Virus record (IMG/VR): IMGVR_UViG_3300009081_000009
Span: 100,709-164,708 of that record
Length of the DNA stretch: 64,000 bases
Source: a virus
Strand: one strand, 5' to 3'
Shown here piece by piece: positions 1 through 7,884 of the stretch. The stretch's first letter is position 1; every line of letters begins with the position of its first letter. Below the pieces are notes generated by a model that saw only the letters and a list, made by a program, of their open reading frames with translations, made no database searches and was not told the origin of the DNA. Made by a program: the position numbers and the translations under genes.

Positions 1-1107
1 ATCCCCAACTCTATCATATATTTTATCACCGATTTTAACTTCACCTGATAGACTGTCGGTTTGTTCTACTACAGTTTCAGTTGCAGGGAATTCTAAAATC
101 TCAACAACATGACTAATGTGTTCCTGTTGGATACTCATATTAGATTTAACTGTAATACTCTCATTTGGATACTCCCAATTTTCTGGTAATGTATCTGATT
201 TAGTATTGATACTTTTATTTGATGCATCGCTTATAATAACAGATCCCATGCAATCTTTCTCGACCTCAACAGATCTACCAGTGTCAGGTATTGTTGAACG
301 TATAGTATCATTTAAAGGTTTAGCTTCTTGAAGCATGGACTCAACTGTTGATAAATTACTTATAACATCGGCTACTTCATTACTATCGCGCTCTGCTTCT
401 GTAGGTTCTTTAATGGCTTCAATTGGATCTGGTTTGGTTTCTTGTGGTGGTTCCTTTACCGGAGTTTTTTCCCATGGATATACATCTGGTGTTTTTGGTT
501 TTATATTTAATCCCGGAACCTTTATACCATCTTCTGATGGTTCAAATGACATTCCATCAGGCAAGACATATTCATCATAATGTCCATGATTAATTTTCTT
601 TAATGGTATTTCAATTGGATTATTATATTTATCGACTCCCATGATTACACAACCGCCTAGCTCTTTATAGTGATTATGAATCTCTTCCTGCTTATATCGT
701 TCAACGCAATTTTCTTTGTATGCGTTCTGTTCTATTCGCGTAACATATTTATTTATTAGTTTGTTTTTATGTCGTTTGGATCTAAGCCACAAATAAATGC
801 GCTCAGAAATAGGTGAACTTTTTTTGTATGCATTGAGTACATCAAACATAGTATCAATTTTAAGTGGTGCTGGATTTAATGTAAATGATGTATCTGAATT
901 AATTTTAAATTTTAATTTCTTTAATTCTTTGGCTAATTTACCTGTAAATTCCAGTTTTAAATCAATCTTTTCGCCTGATGGTGTTCTTATTGTTTTAATT
1001 GTTGATAAATTTCCGTCTGCATCAAGTCGTAATGCCGATACTGGTGTTGATTCGTGTTGTTTCCATATACCAAGTTCATCTGGTGCTAATCGCATATAAG
1101 TATCCAT
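1..1107 (-). CDS. hypothetical protein, 3'-partial (MDTYMRLAPDELGIWKQHES...), runs off window start
   Basis: Manual minus-strand translation from ATG 1107, open in the parts read including positions 1-33; absent from ORF track because no stop lies in the window. Confidence 0.7.
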   Translation of the reverse strand, partial: MDTYMRLAPDELGIWKQHESTPVSALRLDADGNLSTIKTIRTPSGEKIDLKLEFTGKLAKELKKLKFKINSDTSFTLNPAPLKIDTMFDVLNAYKKSSPISERIYLWLRSKRHKNKLINKYVTRIEQNAYKENCVERYKQEEIHNHYKELGGCVIMGVDKYNNPIEIPLKKINHGHYDEYVLPDGMSFEPSEDGIKVPGLNIKPKTPDVYPWEKTPVKEPPQETKPDPIEAIKEPTEAERDSNEVADVISNLSTVESMLQEAKPLNDTIRSTIPDTGRSVEVEKDCMGSVIISDASNKSINTKSDTLPENWEYPNESITVKSNMSIQQEHISHVVEILEFPATETVVEQTDSLSGEVKIGDKIYDRVGD

Positions 1108-1139
1108 ATTTAAATATGAGATAAATATACATTATTTTA

Positions 1140-1214
1140 TCCCGCTAGTTGGAATTCGAATCCAAATCACCGCATTCACAGTGCGGAGCACTAACCAATT
1201 ATGCTACTACGGGG
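1140..1214 (-). tRNA. tRNA-His(GTG), imperfect acceptor/T arm
   Basis: Anticodon arm ccgca-ctGTGaa-tgcgg; bulged acceptor stem. Confidence 0.6.
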
Positions 1215-1220
1215 ATGATA

Positions 1221-1295
1221 AGATGAAGGGGGGACTCGAACCCAACCAATGGGCAGTTTTGCAGACTGCTGCTTTACCAATTTAGCTACATCATC
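1221..1295 (-). tRNA. tRNA-Cys(GCA)
   Basis: gcagt-ctGCAaa-actgc; GTTCGAGTC T-loop. Confidence 0.85.
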
Positions 1296-1299
1296 ATAG

Positions 1300-1399
1300 T
1301 GACGGAGGTGGGATTCGAACCAAATTCCCAAGGAGCGACCTCGGAATCACATCTTTCTGGATTAACTCCAGTTGCCTCTACCAATTGGGCTACACCGAC
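1300..1399 (-). ncRNA. atypical tRNA-like element (Leu-like D arm, loop agTTAat, very long variable region)
   Basis: D arm gtagcccaattggtagaggc, GTTCGAATCC, two acceptor mismatches, ~35 nt extra arm. Confidence 0.45.
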
Positions 1400-1406
1400 A
1401 TATTTA

Positions 1407-1497
1407 CGGAGATGGAAGGACTCGAACCCTCACGCCAGCATACGCCAGCCACTGTTTTCCAGACAGGATGCGTTACCAGTTACGCATTAACATCTCC
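1407..1497 (-). tRNA. tRNA-Ser(GGA)
   Basis: ctgt-ctGGAaa-acag, long V arm, ggagatg/catctcc acceptor. Confidence 0.85.
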
Positions 1498-1502
1498 ATT
1501 AG

Positions 1503-1586
1503 AAGAGAGTATGGGACTCGAACCCATAAGAGGCTTTCGCCTCGCAAGTTTAGCAAACTTGTGCCTTACCATTAGGCTAACTCTCC
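1503..1586 (-). tRNA. tRNA-Ser(GCT)
   Basis: caagt-ttGCTaa-acttg, V arm gaggc-gaaa-gcctc. Confidence 0.9.
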
Positions 1587-1590
1587 ATAG

Positions 1591-1673
1591 GGTGAAGAAC
1601 GGGACTTGAACCCGCAAACCTTTCGGCACAGGAATCACAATCCTGCATGTTTACCAATTCCATCATCTTCACC
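1591..1673 (-). tRNA. tRNA-His(GTG) with long variable arm
   Basis: cagga-ttGTGat-tcctg; G-1:C73 pair; V arm gcc-gaaa-ggt. Confidence 0.85.
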
Positions 1674-1680
1674 ATGATTA

Positions 1681-1893
1681 TTAATTCGAAATATCAGTAT
1701 TCAACACATCCATGTGATTACTAAAATATTTCTCAATCCATTCATACTTAAATTTCCAATAATTTACTTCACTTTGTAAGGCCGATAATTTGATATTATC
1801 TGTTACAACAATTGGATCATTATCATTAGCATTGGATTTTGACATCTTTCTGCCTTCTTCTCTATATTCAGAACCCGTCTTTATTGGTTCCAT
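1681..1893 (-). CDS. hypothetical protein inside tRNA array
   Basis: 70 aa ORF with ggagg SD, same strand as tRNAs. Confidence 0.6.
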   Translation of the reverse strand: MEPIKTGSEYREEGRKMSKSNANDNDPIVVTDNIKLSALQSEVNYWKFKYEWIEKYFSNHMDVLNTDISN

Positions 1894-1910
1894 TTTTCCT
1901 CCATTGATTA

Positions 1911-1984
1911 AGCTCTCGACAGGATTCGAACCTGCATATGACTGTTTTGCAGACAGTTGCCTTATCCATTTTGGCTACGAGAGC
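1911..1984 (-). tRNA. tRNA-Cys(GCA)
   Basis: actgt-ctGCAaa-acagt; gctctcg/cgagagc acceptor. Confidence 0.9.
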
Positions 1985-1993
1985 ATGTTAAAG

Positions 1994-2143
1994 TTATTTA
2001 TATTGTTTGTCTCTATAATGTTTCCAGTTGCGTTGGTAGTAATCACGGTGTCTATTACACCCACGATTAGCACCGCAACGTTCACATTTGAAACTATATT
2101 GTAAAAGTCTACGATAAACATATGAGTTTGTTGTAGCTTTCAT
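1994..2143 (-). CDS. small basic CxxC protein (MKATTNSYVYRRLLQYSFKCERCGANRGCNRHRDYYQRNWKHYRDKQYK)
   Basis: Manual translation, 49 aa, agga SD; below ORF-track cutoff. Confidence 0.6.
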   Translation of the reverse strand: MKATTNSYVYRRLLQYSFKCERCGANRGCNRHRDYYQRNWKHYRDKQYK

Positions 2144-2241
2144 TTCCTGTTTTTCTATTGTTTTCTTCATGAATTAGATCCTTGTTAAAGTACCTAATTC
2201 TCCATCGATGTATACATCATTAATCCTTGTTAAATTGTTAG

Positions 2242-2324
2242 CAGAAGATGAGGGACTCGAACCCCCAAGCCCTTTCGGACGACTGTTTAGTAGACAGCTA
2301 CCTTACCAATTAGGTTAATCTTCC
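2242..2324 (-). tRNA. tRNA-Ser(ACT)
   Basis: gctgt-ctACTaa-acagt, long V arm, G73. Confidence 0.85.
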
Positions 2325-2442
2325 ATATAAAATTCGTCATCTATAACTTAACTTTATTAGTTAATGATCACTTACCAATAAAGCCTATACATTAATGATC
2401 AGATGACTAATCAAACTTCTCGTTGTATATACTGCACAAAAA

Positions 2443-2514
2443 CAGGCTCACTAGGATTCGAACCCAGAACTTCGGATTTGGAGTCCAACCATGTTACCGT
2501 TACACCATGAGCCT
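2443..2514 (-). tRNA. tRNA-Trp(CCA)
   Basis: ttgga-ctCCAaa-tccga; aggctca/tgagcct acceptor. Confidence 0.85.
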
Positions 2515-2518
2515 ATAA

Positions 2519-2601
2519 AATTAATAGAAGGCTTCGAACCTTCATGCTTTCGCTCCGGGTCGTATACAACCCAGTATGTCTGCCAGTTCCATCATATTAA
2601 T
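2519..2601 (-). ncRNA. atypical tRNA-like element with enlarged anticodon loop (ttGTAtacga, Tyr-like?)
   Basis: attaata/tattaat acceptor, D arm, ctggg/cccgg stem with 10-nt loop, V arm, GTTCGAAGC. Confidence 0.5.
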
Positions 2602-2602
2602 A

Positions 2603-2685
2603 TGCCTATGGGGAGACTTGAACTCCCACGCCATTGCTGGCAACAGCTTCTAAGGCTGCCGTGTCTACCATTCCACCACAGAGGC
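2603..2685 (-). tRNA. tRNA-Leu(TAG)
   Basis: gcagc-ctTAGaa-gctgt, V arm, A73. Confidence 0.9.
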
Positions 2686-2699
2686 TTAATTCTTACTTA

Positions 2700-2783
2700 T
2701 GCCGAGAGAGAGACTTGAACTCTCACGTCCTTACGGACACTGGCTTCTTAGACCAGCGTGTCTACCAGTTCCACCATCACGGC
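2700..2783 (-). tRNA. tRNA-Leu(AAG)
   Basis: ctggt-ctAAGaa-gccag, V arm, A73. Confidence 0.9.
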
Positions 2784-2797
2784 TTATTTAAAGATTA

Positions 2798-2879
2798 CGG
2801 AAGCGGAGGGACTCGAACCCCCAAGCCCTTTCGGGCGGTAGTTTTCAAGACTACTGACTTACCATTAGCCTACGCTTCC
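2798..2879 (-). tRNA. tRNA-Ser(TGA)
   Basis: gtagt-ctTGAaa-actac, V arm, G73. Confidence 0.9.
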
Positions 2880-2884
2880 ATTAG

Positions 2885-2967
2885 TACCAGAAGTGGGACT
2901 TGAACCCACACGAGCTTACACCCAAGGGATTTTAAGTCCCCATCGTCTACCATTCCGACATTCTGGC
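2885..2967 (-). tRNA. tRNA-Leu(TAA)
   Basis: gggga-ctTAAaa-tccct, V arm. Confidence 0.9.
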
Positions 2968-2977
2968 TCACATATAC

Positions 2978-3005
2978 AATATAGAATTTTTCGCGAATTA
3001 GTCAA
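2978..3005 (-). promoter_or_regulatory. possible internal sigma70-type promoter in tRNA operon 1
   Basis: TTGACT-16nt-TATATT just upstream of tRNA-Leu(TAA) at 2967. Confidence 0.5.
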
Positions 3006-3016
3006 TTATTTTTTAG

Positions 3017-3100
3017 TACCGAAGGTGGGATTCGAACCCACACGGGCACGAAGCCCAATGAATTTTAAGTTCACCGTGTCTACCATTCCACCACATCGGC
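3017..3100 (-). tRNA. tRNA-Leu(TAA)
   Basis: gtgaa-ctTAAaa-ttcat, V arm. Confidence 0.9.
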
Positions 3101-3107
3101 ATATTAA

Positions 3108-3190
3108 AGGAGGATAGAGGAATCGAACCCCTAACTTTTACATTACCACTGAGTTCGAATCAGATTGCACACCATTGTGCAGTATCCTCC
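3108..3190 (-). tRNA. tRNA-Ser(CGA)
   Basis: ctga-ttCGAac-tcag; ggaggat/atcctcc acceptor. Confidence 0.8.
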
Positions 3191-3195
3191 ATTAG

Positions 3196-3278
3196 TACCG
3201 AAGGTGGGACTTGAACCCACACGCCCTTTCGGGCAATAGATTTTGAATCTACCGTGTCTACCATTCCACCACATCGGC
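3196..3278 (-). tRNA. tRNA-Leu(CAA)
   Basis: gtaga-ttCAAaa-tctat, V arm. Confidence 0.9.
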
Positions 3279-3337
3279 ATAAAATACAACACCAGATTAA
3301 CAATCAGCGAACATCCGCTAGGGATAATTCTAAATAC

Positions 3338-3368
3338 AAAAAGGGCGAGAACCTTACGATCCTCGCCT
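3338..3368 (-). terminator. attenuator terminator of tRNA operon 1
   Basis: ggcgaggatc-gtaa-ggttctcgcc followed by cttttt. Confidence 0.85.
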
Positions 3369-3391
3369 ATAATGTAAACTTAACTATTAGT

Positions 3392-3466
3392 TTACATATA
3401 TCGAGGATATTCAGGGCTGGAGAGCCATGAACATAAACTTGATAGATGCAAACTGAGAGACTTCAT
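3392..3466 (-). CDS. putative leader peptide MKSLSLHLSSLCSWLSSPEYPRYM
   Basis: aaaggt SD; codons 3-17 all Ser/Leu/His/Cys/Trp, the amino acids of the downstream tRNAs. Confidence 0.85.
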   Translation of the reverse strand: MKSLSLHLSSLCSWLSSPEYPRYM

Positions 3467-3506
3467 TTTATTACCTTTAGTTAAGTAGTTTCGTTTCTTA
3501 CTATAC

Positions 3507-3535
3507 AATATAGATCATTTTCTTGCATTTGTCAA
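3507..3535 (-). promoter_or_regulatory. sigma70-type promoter of tRNA operon 1
   Basis: TTGACA-17nt-TATATT. Confidence 0.8.
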
Positions 3536-5374
3536 TAACTTTTTTATTTCATCCCGTCTTTCTTGTTTAGACAGTTGATTTGGACGTGGTATTTTTGCCT
3601 TATAGTCATTAGATTCTATAAAAACATCATTTTTAGATAGTAATTCATTGTATGGGTTAATAGAAGTCAATTTACCTATGTCAGGTCTGTCATTGATTCT
3701 ATGGGAGTATTTTTCCATTCGATGTCTAAGAAATTCTCTCATAGACATTCTTAATCTATTTTGTTCTAAATATCTAGGTTTGTCATCCAAGTACACTAAT
3801 GATAACTCGCCTTCAACGTAAGAACTTTTAGGAAATCCACCGCATGTTAAGCCACAATGATAAGCAACATCACCTAAATGCAAATCCTCCCATCCATATT
3901 CACCATCGAATAGATTATTAAATAGAGTATTATGATTTATTTTTGTTATTACTTGTACAGCTTCTCGTCTAATTGCAAATCCGCATGTCCATACATGAGA
4001 ATCAGCTAACCCATAATTTGGATTATATGTAAAATCATCTGAAAACCATTTACGTGGTTCAATTTCACCTTTTATTAATGTTATATCATATAGATGTAAA
4101 GCATTATATACAAGTTGTTCATTTATGTTTGATGGTATTCTATCTCCATCTAGAAATAATATATCAGAATATGGATCTGTGTGTTGTGCTCCTAAACTTC
4201 GTGCAGTACCAGCACAGAATCCGATCCCAATATCATTTTTTATATAATGTTCATTTAGGTCAGTTAATACAGATTCGCTATTATCCGTGCATCTATCTAA
4301 TACAAATATTCGTTTAAATGTAGGAAATGATTTCTTTAATGCATTTACCATTATATGTAATGTATTTTCTTGATTTTTGCTTATAATTACTATATTAATT
4401 GGTTTAATATCTGTTGAAGGTCTAATCCTCGATGTCATGAATGGTGCTTGTGGTGCATCTTGTTTTGTTATATGTATTTTAGGTGGCGTATACCACATAT
4501 ATTTATTCAATGGTGTTGTATTATCATCGGTTTGTGATAGTGATCTCGATTCACCTACATGAATGGCATCTGTGAAATTTTTAATGATTGATATTTTATT
4601 ATTTTTATAACAATGCAATATATAACCACGCATCAAATCAAAAAATATAGGATTATTATGAGATTTAAATGCTTTAGCTAATGTCATCACCCAACTTTTA
4701 TATTGAGTATATAAATTTTCATCGTATATTGAAGTAAATAATTCAGAATACATTTCATGTAATTCATCCAATGAATAGTCTTGTAATAATTTGTTTTTGT
4801 ATAAAATATTAGACTTATTTATACCATGAATCAACTCGTTTTTGGTGTAGTTAATATCATCAATATATGATATTCCGTATATATCATTTAGATCGGTAGT
4901 TATATTTAGATTTATACAAAATACACTGATATCTATATCGATTCCATTACTTCTAGTTATATCAGTAATTGCAATATCAGACTTATTAGCATAACATGCA
5001 TCGACTAATGATGTAACAAATGGCTTAGATATGATTACATCTTGTTCTATGTGAATCATGTAATCGTATCCAAGTTCTTTTAATGTTCTGTGTGCCATTG
5101 ATAATGCGGATGCGTGTTCTATATTTGGTTTTATAAATATATTAGTCGCATTTTTTATACTTATCTGATGTAGTAATCTTATATCAGTCATATCTAATAC
5201 ATTTTTTGAACTTCCATCGACATCCCACTTTTCCGAAAATGATGGATATGATATACTGTAAAATAAATCATATGTGTTTTCATGGGCATTAATTGTGTTA
5301 ATCCATGAATCAATCCATGTACCTTTGTTATTTGGTGTTACGTAAAATGGACAGAAAATTGCTACTTTTTTCAT
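3515..5374 (-). CDS. two-domain glycosyltransferase (GT-A/GT2-like)
   Basis: C-terminal VLDRCTDNS, FLDGD (DxD), YGWED motifs; N-terminal HIEQD. Confidence 0.7.
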   Translation of the reverse strand: MKKVAIFCPFYVTPNNKGTWIDSWINTINAHENTYDLFYSISYPSFSEKWDVDGSSKNVLDMTDIRLLHQISIKNATNIFIKPNIEHASALSMAHRTLKELGYDYMIHIEQDVIISKPFVTSLVDACYANKSDIAITDITRSNGIDIDISVFCINLNITTDLNDIYGISYIDDINYTKNELIHGINKSNILYKNKLLQDYSLDELHEMYSELFTSIYDENLYTQYKSWVMTLAKAFKSHNNPIFFDLMRGYILHCYKNNKISIIKNFTDAIHVGESRSLSQTDDNTTPLNKYMWYTPPKIHITKQDAPQAPFMTSRIRPSTDIKPINIVIISKNQENTLHIMVNALKKSFPTFKRIFVLDRCTDNSESVLTDLNEHYIKNDIGIGFCAGTARSLGAQHTDPYSDILFLDGDRIPSNINEQLVYNALHLYDITLIKGEIEPRKWFSDDFTYNPNYGLADSHVWTCGFAIRREAVQVITKINHNTLFNNLFDGEYGWEDLHLGDVAYHCGLTCGGFPKSSYVEGELSLVYLDDKPRYLEQNRLRMSMREFLRHRMEKYSHRINDRPDIGKLTSINPYNELLSKNDVFIESNDYKAKIPRPNQLSKQERRDEIKKLLTNARK

Positions 5375-5381
5375 TATATAC

Positions 5382-6422
5382 CTAAAAACTAAATTGAACT
5401 TGTTGTTTATATTTACTAGCTGTGCTTTTTGCTTTATTTAATTCATCTGTAAATGAATCATATAATGAAAATATAGGTAAGTGAACACCTAATTTGGTTA
5501 ATGATTCACCTCGTCCCCATTCTTTCATTCCCCAGAATTGAATTAAATCGAATTTATTTGCAAAAGCTAGATCAATGAAATCAGACATTTCATTGTAATT
5601 ATGCTTATTTACCGTATATGAAGTTATTAATTTCTTTATAACGTTATTGTCTCTTAATGTAGATATGAATTCTAAATTAGATAATAAAATATTGAAATCT
5701 CCACCTAATCTAATTTTATGATATGTATCTGGGTGTGCTGCGTCAATTGATATAGTCACAGTATCAATGAGACTTCTATTATTTGGATGAATTTCATTCC
5801 ATTTGGTTTCATTAAATAATATTCCATTACTTTGTAATTTGATTGATGTCAGGTTAGGACATAGTTCATGTAGATCACTTTTCAATAACCCAAAATAATA
5901 TTCACTCGCAAATGGATCTCCATCTCCAGATAAATACAATACACGAGCAATATCAAAATATGATTTTATCCTACTATGTTGCAGATCTATATACCGTACA
6001 TTATCATTTATAGGTTCTTTGCGACATGGGGTACAATGTAAATTACAAGTACGATCATATGAAAGTCCTAACGTAAGAATACCATTATTAAAATTTGTTT
6101 TCTCTGTAATCGATGTTATAATTGATTCAGCTATATCAACTGGATATGCGTTTTTTATTTCAACTAATGATTTCATTAGATATGAATTATCTGGATCTAA
6201 TCTATTAGGACAATTAGCTGAACAATATGAATACGAACCGTCTATAATAGATAATCGAAATTTATTCATAATATCAGAATGCCAATATGAACTGATACCA
6301 GAGATTGAACTTCTGACATCAGATCCATATTTAACTAGCCATGAGGAACAACATGGATATAAACCACCAACACCGCAATTAAGTTCAGTGAATGGCATCA
6401 TGCAATATTTGATTGCACTCAT
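5382..6422 (-). CDS. radical SAM protein with N-terminal SPASM-like Cys cluster
   Basis: CNLHCTPC motif, SGDGDPF, QSNG. Confidence 0.85.
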   Translation of the reverse strand: MSAIKYCMMPFTELNCGVGGLYPCCSSWLVKYGSDVRSSISGISSYWHSDIMNKFRLSIIDGSYSYCSANCPNRLDPDNSYLMKSLVEIKNAYPVDIAESIITSITEKTNFNNGILTLGLSYDRTCNLHCTPCRKEPINDNVRYIDLQHSRIKSYFDIARVLYLSGDGDPFASEYYFGLLKSDLHELCPNLTSIKLQSNGILFNETKWNEIHPNNRSLIDTVTISIDAAHPDTYHKIRLGGDFNILLSNLEFISTLRDNNVIKKLITSYTVNKHNYNEMSDFIDLAFANKFDLIQFWGMKEWGRGESLTKLGVHLPIFSLYDSFTDELNKAKSTASKYKQQVQFSF

Positions 6423-6958
6423 GTCAATTTACTTAATATTAAATTGAATGTATTTTCTTTGGTTCCTGTTGAATCGATCTCAATCAATTTATCTGTACCT
6501 TTGAATACATCAAAACATGGTTCAGTTACATTGTAATACTGATCAAGTCGTTTCTTTATTCCTTCTTCTGAGTCATCTGATCGACCTCGTGATCTCATTC
6601 TATCTTCTGCTACGGATCTTGGAATTATCAACTTTATGCATTTGTCTATTTTATAATTATCCATAACAAATTTCATTTGGCCTTGTGTTCTAGGAAACCC
6701 ATCCAATATAAATCCACCGCATCGAGTTTCAAGTTCTGGTAGAAATCTATTAGCCACATTAAATAGCACCGTATCCTCGGCTAATTCACCCCTATTGTAG
6801 CGTTCCAATGTATAAGGTAATACAAAGGCTGGATCATCCACAAAACACTGTTTTATAGTGTCCCCAAAGGAAATGTGATGGATACCTAACTGTTTAGCTA
6901 GATTGCTTGCATGAGTGCCCTTTCCACTCCCCTGTACACCAGTAATTAAATAATTCAT
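6419..6958 (-). CDS. adk: adenylate kinase
   Basis: GVQGSGKGT P-loop, FILDGFPRT, RGRSDD. Confidence 0.92.
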   Translation of the reverse strand: MNYLITGVQGSGKGTHASNLAKQLGIHHISFGDTIKQCFVDDPAFVLPYTLERYNRGELAEDTVLFNVANRFLPELETRCGGFILDGFPRTQGQMKFVMDNYKIDKCIKLIIPRSVAEDRMRSRGRSDDSEEGIKKRLDQYYNVTEPCFDVFKGTDKLIEIDSTGTKENTFNLILSKLT

Positions 6959-7052
6959 AAAACCACCTTACTTTTTTATAAATATACAAAAATAATTTGT
7001 GTCAAAGTTAATTTTTGTTGCTATATTTAAATCAAATATCATATGAGATTAT

Positions 7053-7883
7053 ATGCAGAATAAATTCCCAGCAAATAGTAATTCAATTACTCGATTAATG
7101 ATTGGAGACATTGCAAAAACGCAAGTTATTTCATTAGAAGAAGAAATAAAATTATTCAATCAATATCATGCAACTGTCGATTCGGGCATTAAGGATAGAA
7201 TTCGAACGAAAATAATTTCATCGAATTTGAGATTCGTATTAAAAATAGCAATCCATTATAATAAATTAATGGGAGCTGATTTAAATGATCTAATGACAGA
7301 AGGTAAATTAGGATTATATAATGCATTTGCTAAATATAATCATACCCAAGGTATAAAATTTATATCATTTGCTGTCTGGGATATACGGTGTATGATAAGT
7401 AAGTATTTAGAAGAAAACGATTTGGTTCGTGTTCCTGCTCATGTTAAGTTAAAACTAAATAAAGCTAGACGTGAACTGAATCAAGGAAAAGATCCCGAAA
7501 TAGACTTTTACACTGAATTGTTAATGCAACAAAACGGTTCTCCTGTATCATTAGATGCCCATCTTGGATATGGAGATGATGATATGACATTAGCTGATGT
7601 ATTAAAGGATGAGTCCGTTCCTGATCAAGAAACTGAACATTATAAAGATTATATTAATGATGAACTTAGATCAAGTTTAGAATATATATTAACCAATGAA
7701 GAATTAACGGTTATTTCGGCTATGTTTGGTCTTAATAATTGCGAATTTAACATAAAGGAAACCGAACAATTGATCGGTAAGTCTCGTGAGAGAGTTCGTC
7801 AGATTCGCGATAGAGCACTTGCTAAATTAAAGAAACATGGTGATATAAAACAGTTGCATGATTTAATGAGAATAACAAATTAG
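7053..7883 (+). CDS. RNA polymerase sigma-70 family factor
   Basis: SNLRFV, DLMTEGKLGL, KFISFAVWDIR, SRERVRQIRDRALAKL. Confidence 0.9.
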   Translation: MQNKFPANSNSITRLMIGDIAKTQVISLEEEIKLFNQYHATVDSGIKDRIRTKIISSNLRFVLKIAIHYNKLMGADLNDLMTEGKLGLYNAFAKYNHTQGIKFISFAVWDIRCMISKYLEENDLVRVPAHVKLKLNKARRELNQGKDPEIDFYTELLMQQNGSPVSLDAHLGYGDDDMTLADVLKDESVPDQETEHYKDYINDELRSSLEYILTNEELTVISAMFGLNNCEFNIKETEQLIGKSRERVRQIRDRALAKLKKHGDIKQLHDLMRITN

Positions 7884-7884
7884 A

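Noticed and set aside
116-1099. Plus-strand ORFs 116-331, 335-580, 797-1099
   Set aside because: Antisense shadows of a long minus-strand ORF starting at 1107
1300-1399. Stop-codon recoding via a TTA suppressor tRNA
   Set aside because: Element is non-canonical, and conserved genes end normally at TAA, TAG and TGA with no fragmentation
1299-3117. Plus-strand ORFs across the first tRNA array
   Set aside because: Antisense to tRNA genes; GLEP/GFEP repeats are translated T loops
2603-3278. CRISPR-like repeats (gtgtctaccattccacc etc.)
   Set aside because: They are conserved D/T arms of tRNA-Leu paralogues
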